From: Sedimentisphaerales bacterium
GTDB taxonomy: Bacteria; Planctomycetota; Phycisphaerae; Sedimentisphaerales; SM23-30
Length of the DNA stretch: 64,000 bases
Reading direction: 5' to 3'
Assembly: GCA_963663965.2 (NCBI GenBank)
Contig: CAXXFK010000037.1
Span: forward strand, 19,350 to 83,349
Program-made: the position numbers and the translations under genes
Shown here: positions 9,083 through 20,200 of the stretch, in pieces
Numbering within the stretch: the stretch's first letter is position 1
How the letters are laid out: each line of letters starts with the position of its first letter
Notes under the pieces: model-generated
The model's input: the letters and a program-made list of their open reading frames with translations, nothing else
Databases searched by the model: none
What the model was told of the DNA's origin: nothing

Positions 9083-10918
9083 ATGGTATCAGCATTCAAG
9101 TTTCAGGCGGTTATTATGCTTTTAACAGGTATTTGCTGCAGCTGTGGGCTGGCTGCTTCCGCGACGCAGCCGCCGGAGCGTGCGTATCTGCTGCTTCCTG
9201 TGCCCAGGCAGGTTCAATATCAGGAAGGCATCGTCAAAAGCCCGGTCGCAGAGCTGAGCCGGATGATCAAAATCGATCCGGCGACCGTGCCTCACGAGCA
9301 GGGATACGAGCTGACGATTGCCCCGGAACAGGTATCCATTATCGGTCATGATCAGGCCGGCTTGTTTTACGCGGAGCAAACCCTGAATCAACTGCTGGCT
9401 CAGGCGGATAACGGCAAGCTGACGTGTCTGACGATTCGGGACTGGCCGGACTTTCCGGTGCGCGGGGTCATGCTGGATATCAGCCGGGACAAAGTGCCCA
9501 CCATGGATACGTTGTTTACCCTGGTGGACATGCTGGCTTCGTGGAAGATCAACCATTTCGAGCTTTATACCGAACATACCTTTGCCTACCAGAATCACGA
9601 AACGGTCTGGAAGGATGCTTCGCCGATGACGGCCGATCAAATCCGAATCCTGGATAAATATTGCCGGGAGCGTTTTATCGATCTGGCGCCCAATCAGAAC
9701 TCGTTCGGGCACATGGAGCGATGGATACAGCATGAAGAATACCGCCATCTCGCCGAAGCGCCGGATTATGTGAATACGATCTGGGGCAAACGAAGATGGC
9801 ATACCCTGTATCCGGCCGACCCGGGATCCATTGCACTGATCAGCGAACTCTATGATGAGCTTTTGCCGAATTTTTCCAGCCGGTATTTCAATGTCGGCTG
9901 TGACGAGACGGTGGAGTTGGGCAATGGCCGAAGTAAGGAACGCTGTGAAGAGATCGGCCGCGACCAGGTTTATCTTGATTATTTACTGAAGATTCACGCC
10001 CTGGTGGAAAAACACGGCAAAACCATGATGTTCTGGGCGGACATGATTCAGGACCACCCGGAGGCCATGCAATCGCTGCCGAAGGATATCATTCCGCTGT
10101 TGTGGGGATACAGCGAAACGCATCCGTTTGAGAAGTACTGCAAGGTAGTGGCCGGGACCGGCTGCCGGTTTTATGTGTGTCCGGGAAATTCCACCTGGAT
10201 CAGTATTGCCGGGCAGACCGACCGGGCCAGGGCCAATCTCCTGAACGCGGCTGAAAACGGGAAGAAGTACGGCGCTGAAGGGTATTTAATTACCGACTGG
10301 GGCGACCTGGGGGCGTGGGAACCCATTACGGTCAGTTATCTGGGGTATGCTTACGGAGCGGCCCTGGGCTGGTCGGTTGAGCATAACCGGGAGATCGATT
10401 TGCCGGGTGTTCTGAATGCTTTCGCTTTCAAAGATAAAGCCGGTATTATGGGGCGGCTGATGTACGATCTCGGCAATGCTTATCAGGTGGGAGATGTGAT
10501 TACTTCGAACAGTTCATGGTTTGGAAGGCTCCTGCTTTTTGAGGACTGGGATCTGAACAAGGGGCCGGGCAGCCAACTGACCGTTGAAAAAGTGGAAGCG
10601 CTCAGGCGCTATGTGGCTGGCGTGATGTCAAAGCTCGACAAGGCCGAAATAGACAGGCCGGACGCCGGCTATATCCTCGATGAAATCAGGCAGGTGGCCC
10701 GGTTGATTGATCATGCCTGCGATCTTGCCACGGCGAGACTGAATGCCGAAGACAAAAAAACCGCCAATATTCCCAAGCCGATACGAGAAAAACTGGCTGT
10801 CGATATGCGGGCGATCGAGAAAAATCATCGGAAACTGTGGCTGCGCAGAAATCGCGAGGGCGGCCTGGGAGACAGTTTATCGCGAATGGAGAATCAACTG
10901 CGTTTGTATCAGCCGTAA
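9083..10918 (+). CDS. Glycoside hydrolase family 20 (beta-N-acetylhexosaminidase-like), secreted
   Basis: GH20b N-terminal domain (EQGYELTI...GLFYAEQTL), RGVMLDISRDKVP, and the catalytic pair in NVGCDE. Signal-peptide-like N-terminus. ATG at 9083 follows GGAGG (the ORF track starts at GTG 9068). Confidence 0.9.
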   Translation: MVSAFKFQAVIMLLTGICCSCGLAASATQPPERAYLLLPVPRQVQYQEGIVKSPVAELSRMIKIDPATVPHEQGYELTIAPEQVSIIGHDQAGLFYAEQTLNQLLAQADNGKLTCLTIRDWPDFPVRGVMLDISRDKVPTMDTLFTLVDMLASWKINHFELYTEHTFAYQNHETVWKDASPMTADQIRILDKYCRERFIDLAPNQNSFGHMERWIQHEEYRHLAEAPDYVNTIWGKRRWHTLYPADPGSIALISELYDELLPNFSSRYFNVGCDETVELGNGRSKERCEEIGRDQVYLDYLLKIHALVEKHGKTMMFWADMIQDHPEAMQSLPKDIIPLLWGYSETHPFEKYCKVVAGTGCRFYVCPGNSTWISIAGQTDRARANLLNAAENGKKYGAEGYLITDWGDLGAWEPITVSYLGYAYGAALGWSVEHNREIDLPGVLNAFAFKDKAGIMGRLMYDLGNAYQVGDVITSNSSWFGRLLLFEDWDLNKGPGSQLTVEKVEALRRYVAGVMSKLDKAEIDRPDAGYILDEIRQVARLIDHACDLATARLNAEDKKTANIPKPIREKLAVDMRAIEKNHRKLWLRRNREGGLGDSLSRMENQLRLYQP

Positions 10919-10957
10919 CTGCGTTTTTCGGCAGGGCGTATCGGCAGCCTCCGGATT

Positions 10958-13900
10958 TCAGCGAACCCGGAGGTTGCCGATACTGGTAACGTTTGTCGTA
11001 TTGGAAGGCATTTCAGCAGAAGAGGTATTAATCACATTCCCCAGAAACGCGGCGGCGGCAGTGGATTCAATGGCCAGGTAGTGATCGACGAAATTGGTAA
11101 CGTCGCCGCAGTAGACGCGGGCCGTGGTATTGTTGCGGATATCGTAGGCAAAATCTTCGGCATCGCGCGCGATGTGGAACTGCTGCAATTCGAGATCGCC
11201 GCCGCCGGCAACGACACTGCGGTTGTTGGTACCCCAACAGCAGGTTCCAAACATGCGGAAGGTTTCGTTGAGAGTGTTACCGGTTTCAAGATACCGGCCG
11301 ATTTCACCATTGACGGTGACGATCTGGGAATTGATCATATCGAGTCCCCGCGCGCCGATTTTATCGACCTGAATCGCAGTGGTGCACTGATCGACCCCCA
11401 TACCCATACAATACCCGGACGGGCCATTGCCGTTTTCCGCCAGCAGCTGGACCCCGTACTTACCGCCAAAAACGAAATTCTGGTGCAGGACTTCATTGGT
11501 CATATCGCCAAAGAGGTAAGGCCTGCCATACTGCCAGACGAGTTGATAAACCCCGCCCAGATCGCCGGTAGGTATACTCTGGTAATTGGAAGCCTGATGG
11601 GCATAGGAAGAGGGATTGAACTGGCAATTATGGATCTGGCCATCCACGGAACCATGGCCGACATGGATGCCGGTTTTTATGGCGGTGCCGAACAGGTAAT
11701 CGACGTAATGGCGATCACAGCGATACGTGGCCAGGTCGAGCAACTGCCAGGGAATGGTTGAGGCAACATTAATCACATAGACATCGGCGCCCAGGCCGCG
11801 AATCATAAAGGGGTAGGGCGCCATGCCGTAACTGGTCGTATCGCTGCTATCGTACACCTGGCCGGGATAGTGGATGGTCAGGCCGCGAACGCCGGAACCG
11901 GGAGCCAGTTGAATAAAGGGTGTGCCATTTTCCTGATTGCGGCCGTACCAGGTATTCAGGACACTGCCCCGTCCGCTGCTGCTATGTGCCAGATCGAATA
12001 CGCCGCGCAGTTCGACGCCGGTGGGCACAATCAGGGCGCCATCCAGACGATAATCGCCGCCGGGAACAAAAACAATACCGCCGCCATTATTCCAGGCATC
12101 GGTCAGCGCCGCCTGAAAAGCAGGCGTGTCGTCCACCTGACCATTTCCCTGAGCGTGATAAGGCGGATTGGTCACAACAAAGAGGTCGGTTCTGGGTGGG
12201 GTGAAGGCCCGGGAGGGCTTACGATATTGATAATCGGGCAGCGGCGCCAGATTCAGCTGGGTGTGATCGACAATCACCGGATAGCCGGTATTGTCCACGA
12301 TTTGAGGATTGCGGCTGAAACGGTTGCCCAGAATCGATGCGCCATGAACGCCGCTGTTGATCCGGATGTGGACCCCACCGGGGCTATTGAAATCGCAATT
12401 CATAATAGAGGCATAGCCACCGTCAAAACGCATTTCGCCGTTCAGAACCGTGCAACTGGTCAGGAGCATACGCTGTAAACCGGCATTATGGACGGCATAA
12501 CCGGACGCGTCGATAGCACAGGAATGAAACAGTGCGGCGTTGTCGGTTGAGGCTGAACTGTAATAAATACCGGTCCGGGCATTTTGAATATTGAACCGGG
12601 TAAACATAAAGCCCGCGTAGGAGCTCTTCTCGACATAGATGCCGGTTTGACAATTTTTTAAGGTAAAACCGTAACACTGGCCGTTGGGGGTATCGGCGGC
12701 ATTGCGCCGTGAGGGCCATAGCTGTAATCCCCGGTTATAGCCATCCACCGTCACATACGCGGCATAAGACCAGTCAATCCGGCCCAGTACCACACCCACG
12801 CCATTGCCATAGATCCATGCCGCATGCTGATTGGCTGTAGGCGCCTGAGGGAGGCCGGAATTTTTCCAGAATTCGGGGGAGAAATAAACGGTTTCAATCC
12901 GGCCCACATCCGCCAGGCAATCAAATTCGATCCCGGTTTTCAGGGGTGTGCCATAGATATGGCGCAGGAAGGGACTGGCGGTAATATCGCTACTGTAATT
13001 GGAGAAGCCGATATACGCGTTGATCAGGGTGATATTTTCAACCGTCTGATTACTGCCATAAATGCGCTGGAGCGTGGGCGGATAGGGCAGAATGTTATCG
13101 GGTGTTTGTTCGGGGTACCAGATTGCCAGGCCTTTAACGCCGGCACAATTACTCAGGCCGATAAAAGGCGTACCGGAATCGCTGCCCCGACCGGCATAGG
13201 CCATGAGAATGGTACCGGTCACCGGCTGATCGGGATTGGGGATTTGCCAGTCGCCGCGCAGGGTAACCCGTGAAGGAATCGTTAAGGTACCAGACACTTT
13301 ATAACGACCGGCGGGCAGGAACAAAGCGCCGCCGCCCAGATTACTCACGGAGATCAATGCGGTTTGAATCGCTTCGGTGACATCGGTCTGGCCATCGGGA
13401 ATAATGCCGAAATCTTCGGCATAATGCGGTGTGACGATCAGGTCATCGGTGGGATACAGGGTCTGGGCAACATGCCAATGGGTAACGATCCCTTTCATCC
13501 AGTTGAGCGCGAATTGGGTAAAATCGCCCCAATCGACACCGGGATTGCCATCGAACTCGGCCGGGCTGTTACCGGAACGATTGAGCCATTCCGGCGCGAA
13601 CAGACTCAGATCGTTCACATCCACATCGAAATCTTTATCCAGATCCCCCAGAACAGGGGCTTTGGCAGTAACGGTTGTTTTACCGGGATTCGTTACGTTA
13701 TAATCATAGACAATCGAACCGGCTCCGCCATAGGCCGTGAGTCGACCGGCAGTTACTTCGGTGGCAACCTGTCCGGTAACATCGCCGGATTTGATAAAGA
13801 CGCCGCCGGCAATATCCATGGATCCGGCGCCGCCGCCATTGACAAGGTCCCAACCGCCATTGGCAAATAATTCACCGCCATTGAGTTGGTAGTGGCCGCG

Positions 13901-14389
13901 ACCGCCATAAAAAGCCGGGCCCAAAACCCCATTCACCGAGACGATCCCGCCATTCTGTTCGACCGAGGCGCCAAAGGTCGCGTTTTTATTATGAGACCAG
14001 GGGCCAATGAATAAATGACTGTTACAATCCAGACGGCCGCCATCAACCACAATGCGCGCGCCGGGCTTGCTATAGGCCAGTATCGCCCAGTCCATCACGG
14101 TAAGATGGCCTCCGGTGACAATTCGCAAGGGTTTATACTGGTCCAGATGCAGATTCTGGATGGTCGGGCCATCGTAATCCAGAACGCATTCATTCCAGTT
14201 ATCGAGCAGATAAACCTTGTAGACATCGGTCGCGCCCGGTTTCAAACTATCCGGGACATCGTGATTGTTCCAATTGGCCGCATTGGACCAGAGTGTGCCA
14301 TTGACAGGTCGCCAGAAACAACCGATTTCAGCATATAAATGACTGACAAAGCCTAACAACATGCAGGAAACGATCGATAACTTCATCAT
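10958..14389 (-). CDS. Secreted double right-handed beta-helix glycoside hydrolase (pectate_lyase_3/GH55-GH87-like) with dockerin-like module
   Basis: Signal peptide; Gly-rich N-terminal beta-repeat region; GDLDKDFDVDVNDL...EWL dockerin-like duplication; two beta-helix starts (DGQTDVTEAIQTAL...GGGALFLPAGRY and GNGQVDDTPAFQAAL...GGGIVFVPGGDY). Confidence 0.8.
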   Translation of the reverse strand: MMKLSIVSCMLLGFVSHLYAEIGCFWRPVNGTLWSNAANWNNHDVPDSLKPGATDVYKVYLLDNWNECVLDYDGPTIQNLHLDQYKPLRIVTGGHLTVMDWAILAYSKPGARIVVDGGRLDCNSHLFIGPWSHNKNATFGASVEQNGGIVSVNGVLGPAFYGGRGHYQLNGGELFANGGWDLVNGGGAGSMDIAGGVFIKSGDVTGQVATEVTAGRLTAYGGAGSIVYDYNVTNPGKTTVTAKAPVLGDLDKDFDVDVNDLSLFAPEWLNRSGNSPAEFDGNPGVDWGDFTQFALNWMKGIVTHWHVAQTLYPTDDLIVTPHYAEDFGIIPDGQTDVTEAIQTALISVSNLGGGALFLPAGRYKVSGTLTIPSRVTLRGDWQIPNPDQPVTGTILMAYAGRGSDSGTPFIGLSNCAGVKGLAIWYPEQTPDNILPYPPTLQRIYGSNQTVENITLINAYIGFSNYSSDITASPFLRHIYGTPLKTGIEFDCLADVGRIETVYFSPEFWKNSGLPQAPTANQHAAWIYGNGVGVVLGRIDWSYAAYVTVDGYNRGLQLWPSRRNAADTPNGQCYGFTLKNCQTGIYVEKSSYAGFMFTRFNIQNARTGIYYSSASTDNAALFHSCAIDASGYAVHNAGLQRMLLTSCTVLNGEMRFDGGYASIMNCDFNSPGGVHIRINSGVHGASILGNRFSRNPQIVDNTGYPVIVDHTQLNLAPLPDYQYRKPSRAFTPPRTDLFVVTNPPYHAQGNGQVDDTPAFQAALTDAWNNGGGIVFVPGGDYRLDGALIVPTGVELRGVFDLAHSSSGRGSVLNTWYGRNQENGTPFIQLAPGSGVRGLTIHYPGQVYDSSDTTSYGMAPYPFMIRGLGADVYVINVASTIPWQLLDLATYRCDRHYVDYLFGTAIKTGIHVGHGSVDGQIHNCQFNPSSYAHQASNYQSIPTGDLGGVYQLVWQYGRPYLFGDMTNEVLHQNFVFGGKYGVQLLAENGNGPSGYCMGMGVDQCTTAIQVDKIGARGLDMINSQIVTVNGEIGRYLETGNTLNETFRMFGTCCWGTNNRSVVAGGGDLELQQFHIARDAEDFAYDIRNNTTARVYCGDVTNFVDHYLAIESTAAAAFLGNVINTSSAEMPSNTTNVTSIGNLRVR

Positions 14390-14882
14390 TTATCTCCCGG
14401 TCGGGGTACTAAAATCAGATCACAAATAATTATAAAACAAGATAGAAAACAATCTCAAGGCAATCTAAGTCATAGCAGATATAAGTATCGCTGAGATTAT
14501 CAGACGCATGGTCAGGGAAGGTAAATAAAGGAAGTAATTAATGACTGAATTAGATTCATTTTCTCCAGATCAGGCACCATTTTCAGGCTACCGGTCTTCT
14601 ATTCTTATCGATTCCTTTACTTATAAATAAACCATCAACTAGTCTAAAAAATTAAACCTGTTTTTTACAAAAGGAGGCATTTAACCATTTATAGGACGTA
14701 TCTATGTATCTAAATTTGATATCACCTGAGATAGCGATGGTATTTTCATTCATAAAAAACGATACTATCCTGTCAGATAAAAGTTGGCAACTGGGCACCA
14801 ACGATCAAAAAAAAACCTTAACCGCTTATTAATTAAATAGTTATCTCTAGCATTACCCTGATATCTAACTTGAACAAAATAA

Positions 14883-14910
14883 TTGGCTCAGATCAGCGTT
14901 TGGCTATAAT
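14883..14910 (+). promoter_or_regulatory. Putative sigma70 promoter for the GH43 gene
   Basis: TTGGCT-16 bp-TATAAT in an AT-rich divergent intergenic region. Confidence 0.35.
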
Positions 14911-15018
14911 AGGAATCCCGTGAAAACAGGATATTGCTTACAAATAAATTTCTGATACTGAATATTCTGAGAGCGCCAATATATTAAATCCATAACAGCA
15001 GACTGAAGGAAACCACTT

Positions 15019-16986
15019 ATGAATTGGAAAAACAGAACGAATCTGGTATTACCGTTATTGACGGCCAGTCTATTGCTGATGGCGATAATGAACGTGACGG
15101 TAAGGGCGGCAGAGTCGCCGGAGATGTCGGGGAATCCATTATTTCCGGGTTGGTACGCCGATCCGGAAGGGGTGATTTTCGGGGATGAATACTGGATTTT
15201 TCCAACCTATTCAGCCCCTTATAAACAGCAACTGCATCTGGACGCGTTTTCATCGAAGGATCTGGTACACTGGACCAAGCATGAACGGGTACTGGATAAT
15301 AAGGCGGTGACCTGGGTCCACATGGCCATGTGGGCTCCGGCGGTTGTCGCCAGGGATGGGAAGTATTATCTGTTCTTTGGCGGTAATGATGTCCATGAAG
15401 GCGAAATCGGCGGGATCGGGGTTGCCGTGGCGGATAAACCGGGCGGACCCTACAAGGATTACCTGGGCAAGCCGCTGATTGGCAATATTATCAATGGCGC
15501 TCAACCGATCGATCAGTTTGTCTTTCTGGATAAAGACGGCCAGTATTATATGATCTACGGCGGCTGGGGCCACTGTAACATCGCCAAACTGAACAGTGAT
15601 TTTAACGGATTTATTCCATTTGACGATGGCGTGACGTTTAAAGAAATCACACCCAAAGGCTATGTCGAAGGACCGTTTATGTTTCTTAAAGATGGCCGTT
15701 ATTACTTTATGTGGTCGGAAGGCGGCTGGGGCGGCCCGAATTACAGTGTCGCGTACGCGATAGCGGATTCACCGCTGGGACCATTTAAACGGATCGGCAA
15801 AGTGTTGCAACAGGATCCACAGGTTGCCACCGGCGCCGGTCATCATTCGGTAATCCATGATCAGAAGGCCGATATCTGGTACGCGATTTATCACCGGCGG
15901 CCACTGACGGAAAGAGACGCCAACCACCGGGTCACCTGTATCGACCGGATGTATTTTGATGAGAATGGCTTTATCAAGCCGATTAAAATCACCCACGAAG
16001 GTGTGCCGGCACGAAAACTGGAAAAATCCGTTGACGATAAAGACCAGAACCCATCGAAAAACACTTTTACCAATCCTTTGAATCCTGGAGCGGACCCCTG
16101 GATGCAGACTTACCGGGGAAACTACTACCTGACTACCACCCAGGGCAATTGTATTCGCATGTGGAAAGCGCCGACCCTGGCCGGCTTGAAGACGGCGAAC
16201 GCAGTCATGTTGTGGCGCGACAGTAATCCGGAACGGTCTGATGGTATCTGGGCGCCTGAGTTTCATCTGATTAACGGCCGCTGGTATCTGTATTATACGG
16301 CCATGGCGGCAACAAAAGTGGATACGACCCATCGAATGCACGTCTTGGAAAGCGAGGGAGATGATCCGCTGGGGCCCTATCATTACAAAGGCCGATTGTT
16401 CGATCCGACCAACGATCAATATGCCATTGACGGCAGTGTGTTTCAGCATCCGGGAGATGGGGCGTGGTATTTTTTGTGGGCGGCGCATCCGGGGCATGTG
16501 ATCAATATCGCCCGTATGAAAAATCCATGGACTTTGGCCACGCCGGGTGTAGTAATACCGGCTTCAGGATTTGGTTGTGAAGAGGTGCGTGAAGGGCCGG
16601 TCGTCCTTAAGCGTAATGGCAAGCTGTTTTTAACCTATTCCGCCTGCGATACGGGCAAACCGGATTATAAGATCGGGATGCTGATCGCTGACGATACCGC
16701 CGATGTGATGAATCCGGCCTCGTGGAAACAATATCCCCGGCCGGTCTTTGAGCGCAACGACGAAAATGGCGTCTTTGGCCCGGGGCATCACGGCTTTTTC
16801 CAGTCTCCGGACGGCAGTGAAGACTGGATCGTTTACCATGGCAAAACCACATCTCAATATACCTATCGCGGACGGACCACCCGTGCCCAGAAATTCATCT
16901 GGAACGCGGATGGTACGCCAGACTTTGGAACGCCTTATTCGCTGGATACGGTACTGGAAGAGCCATCGAAAGTTTCAGCAAAGTAA
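15019..16986 (+). CDS. Tandem GH43-GH43 glycoside hydrolase (arabinofuranosidase/xylosidase-like), secreted
   Basis: Signal peptide and two five-bladed propeller motif sets: YADP...WAP...IDQF...VEGP and GADPW...WAPE...AIDG...REGP. Confidence 0.9.
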   Translation: MNWKNRTNLVLPLLTASLLLMAIMNVTVRAAESPEMSGNPLFPGWYADPEGVIFGDEYWIFPTYSAPYKQQLHLDAFSSKDLVHWTKHERVLDNKAVTWVHMAMWAPAVVARDGKYYLFFGGNDVHEGEIGGIGVAVADKPGGPYKDYLGKPLIGNIINGAQPIDQFVFLDKDGQYYMIYGGWGHCNIAKLNSDFNGFIPFDDGVTFKEITPKGYVEGPFMFLKDGRYYFMWSEGGWGGPNYSVAYAIADSPLGPFKRIGKVLQQDPQVATGAGHHSVIHDQKADIWYAIYHRRPLTERDANHRVTCIDRMYFDENGFIKPIKITHEGVPARKLEKSVDDKDQNPSKNTFTNPLNPGADPWMQTYRGNYYLTTTQGNCIRMWKAPTLAGLKTANAVMLWRDSNPERSDGIWAPEFHLINGRWYLYYTAMAATKVDTTHRMHVLESEGDDPLGPYHYKGRLFDPTNDQYAIDGSVFQHPGDGAWYFLWAAHPGHVINIARMKNPWTLATPGVVIPASGFGCEEVREGPVVLKRNGKLFLTYSACDTGKPDYKIGMLIADDTADVMNPASWKQYPRPVFERNDENGVFGPGHHGFFQSPDGSEDWIVYHGKTTSQYTYRGRTTRAQKFIWNADGTPDFGTPYSLDTVLEEPSKVSAK

Positions 16987-17095
16987 GTGCACCTCACAAA
17001 ATGAGTTTTCTCCTGTGACCGGCTGCAAAAGTGGTTCCGATCTATCGGAATTCTCGGGGCCCAATATTCTCAACACCCCATAGCAGGGTTGCCTG

Positions 17096-17111
17096 TCCCG
17101 ATTTATCGGGA
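17096..17111. repeat. Short REP-like palindrome
   Basis: TCCCGAT-TT-ATCGGGA in the intergenic region downstream of the GH43 gene. Confidence 0.5.
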
Positions 17112-17172
17112 TTCGCAGCCCCGGGATATTGTCAATCTATTTTAAAGATTGAGGGATGGCTGAAAAACTGAG

Positions 17173-17201
17173 TTGAAATCAAGTTATGATTGTGGTATTA
17201 T
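17173..17201 (+). promoter_or_regulatory. Putative sigma70 promoter for the C25 peptidase gene
   Basis: TTGAAA-17 bp-TATTAT with TG extension. Confidence 0.6.
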
Positions 17202-17276
17202 TAAGCTTACAAGGTAGATATCGGGCAGCTGATGAAAGAGACGTTTTCGGCAATCTCTCTGGCAGGCGAGGTTATC

Positions 17277-20200
17277 ATGGAAAGATATCATATCTTAACA
17301 AGCGTCGCGATAAGTATTTGTGCAGGGTTAAGTGTGCTGGTTCCTGTCGCCCTGGGTGATAACGGTGATGGACGATATTTGCTGATCACGGGAGAAGCGC
17401 TCAAAGACAGTTTTCAGCCACTTGTCGATCATCGAGTCGCTCAAGGTCTGGACGGGATCCTTATTACCATTGAGGAAATAGCGGCAAGCGGCGAATACTC
17501 GGGGATCGATATCCAGGCGAAAATTCGGGACTGTATCCAGCGCCACTATGATCCTAACCGCTCCATGTATCTGGTGTTAGGGGGAGATGAACACATCGTG
17601 CCGGTACGATATTGCCAGACAGAAGATGAGACCGTACCTGTCGATCTCTATTACGCAGATATGGATGGCACTTTGTGGGACGCTGACGGAGATGGTATCT
17701 ATGGAGAGATCGGCGACATCGGGCTTGCTGAATTGACCCCCGAATTGTGTTTTGGCCGAATTCCCGTAGACACCCCGGAAGAAGTGGAAGCCTATTATTC
17801 CAAGATGATTCGATATGAAACCATCGATCCCAATGAGTTTGTTGATTCTCTATTACTGTTGTCCGGGTCGGGATACGAATTCTGTTATGAGGGGCCTGAA
17901 CGGCCTGCGGCATACAGAGACCATGAACCCGTGAGCCAGAAGGAAGTGGAAATGACGGATGTCTTCTTGAACATTATCCAGCCCTATTGGCAACCCGGAC
18001 ACCTGGCGAGATTATTTGACAGTAACACGGATTGGGACGTCAATCAGTTTGGTGATTTTCCGATCACCTGGGTTAATGTGTTCGATACGATTAACCGCGG
18101 TTATCACTACATCTATTACTGGCAGCATTCCGGCACCAGGTATTGGACCTTCCAGGATGAGGATACGGGGTGTGTTTTTAACTGGGTACACGGGTCCAAT
18201 GTAACCAACACGTTTCCATCCATCATGTTTGCCCGTGGCTGCTCAACTGCCCGTTATGATGAAGATGATACCAATTTGTGCGAGTCCTTGATCAAAAACG
18301 GTAACGGGGGAGCTATAATCTACTTCGGACATACCCGCTCGGCGGGCGGCTCTCCCCATTGGGATCAGATCCTCCGCAACGTTTTTCAGGAATCTCACCC
18401 CAGGATTGGAGAAGCCTATAAAGCGTGTTTGACCATCTTAGCGCCAGAGAAGATAAGTAATCCGTGGCACCAGTATATTTTCGTGCTGCTCGGTGATCCG
18501 GCCATCGTATGCCACCAGCAACAAAAGAGAACCTTGCAGTTGCTATCTCCGAAAGGGAACGAGATTAGCCAGGCGGGTTCTGATCTTTTCATAAGATGGA
18601 ATGGCGCCGGGAGTTTCTCTCCACAGGACCAGGTCACCCTTTCCTACTCGGACGATGACGGGCTCCACTGGTACTCCATCCCCGGGGCCGATCATCTGCC
18701 GTACAATGCCGCGGTTTTTACCTGGGAGAACTGCCCCCTGCCATGTGGATCGGGCTATCGCGTGAGAGTCTCGTCACTCTCTAATCCCGAGTTGCAGGTC
18801 GAATCGTCCCAGTCTTTCAGAATCGCTGATATGGTTGAGTTAACGATAAAATCCAAACCAATGTCTGCTGTAAAAGTCACGGGAGCACATTGCTATCAGA
18901 CCGACTGCATTTTATCCGTTATTGCAGGAGAGCCCGTTCAGCTTACCGCACCCGAGCACTGGGGCGATCTCACCTTCATTAGATGGATTGCTGACGATGG
19001 CAGCACGTTCAGCAGCGACTCTGAGTTGAATCAATCATTTGGCGTTAATATTACTCTAACAGCCACCTACGAATATCATGGTGACATCGCAGGCTTCTTT
19101 GTTAACGACGAGATCGCGGAAGATGGTATGGCCGCCGGTAACGACAGTCAGGATGGCCGCTCTTCCACAACACCTATGCGTTCCGTCCAGGCCCTGCTCG
19201 ATCGATACCCTGACATTGGCTATGGTGACATAGTACACGTTTCAGAAGGGCGGTATATAGAGAACCTTTTCCTGAGTCAAACGCATGTCGGCTTGACCCT
19301 TCGTGGCGCAGGACCCACCCAATCCATCATTGACGGCGGCCACGTAACATCCTGCCTTCTGGCAGATAACGGTTGGTGTGGAGAACTGCAAAACCTGGGT
19401 TTCGAAAATGGGTTGGGTACTACCCATGGCGGCGCTCTGCAATTAGGCGGCGGTGCCGCATGTATCGTTCGGAACTGTCGGTTTGTCGGTAATGAGGCAC
19501 AAAACAGGGGAGGCGCCATCTATTTAAGCTGTTCAATCTGGCCGATGGGGCTGGAGGTCTATGATTCTATCTTTCTTAACAACCGCGGTAACCAGGGTAT
19601 AGTCTTCACGGCAAAAGACGTCATGGCAACATTCCAAAACTGCACATTTCAAGGCAATACTTCAAATAATGGCTGTGTTAAAGTTACCGGAAGCACGCAA
19701 CTTATATTTACCGACTGTTTGTTCGAGAATAACGTTACCCTGGGCAGTGGGGGCGCGATTCAGATGAGCGCAGAAGGAGTCAGCCACGCGAATCACTGCA
19801 CGTTCACTGCGAATTCAGCTAAACAGGGTGGGGCCGTGGAAGCAGATACTGCTGCGCGGTTCACAGCGGAAGACTGCATCTTTCAGGGTAATACCGCCCC
19901 AGAAGGAGGTGGCGCCGTTCATTTCTTTGGTTCCGCCACCGGTCAGTTCCGGCGATGCACCTTTAAAAATAACACCGGCTATCAGGGCGGCGGTGTTTAC
20001 TGCAGGGATCAATCCCGTGTTGAAGCGGATCACTGCCTTTTCACAGGTAATGTCGTTTCTCAGGCCGGCGGCGCGGTTGGGATCTATAACGATGCCGTCT
20101 TCACCGCGACCAATTGTACCATAGCCGATAACAGCTGCGGTAACCTCAGTGGGGGTATCGCATGGCATTCCTGGGGTGATCTTACCTTAAATAACTGTAT

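Noticed and set aside
14390..15018. CRISPR array or ncRNA in the large AT-rich intergenic regions (also 8480-9067 and 46959-47604)
   Set aside because: No regularly spaced direct repeats and no recognisable tRNA or riboswitch core. The regions read as promoter DNA.
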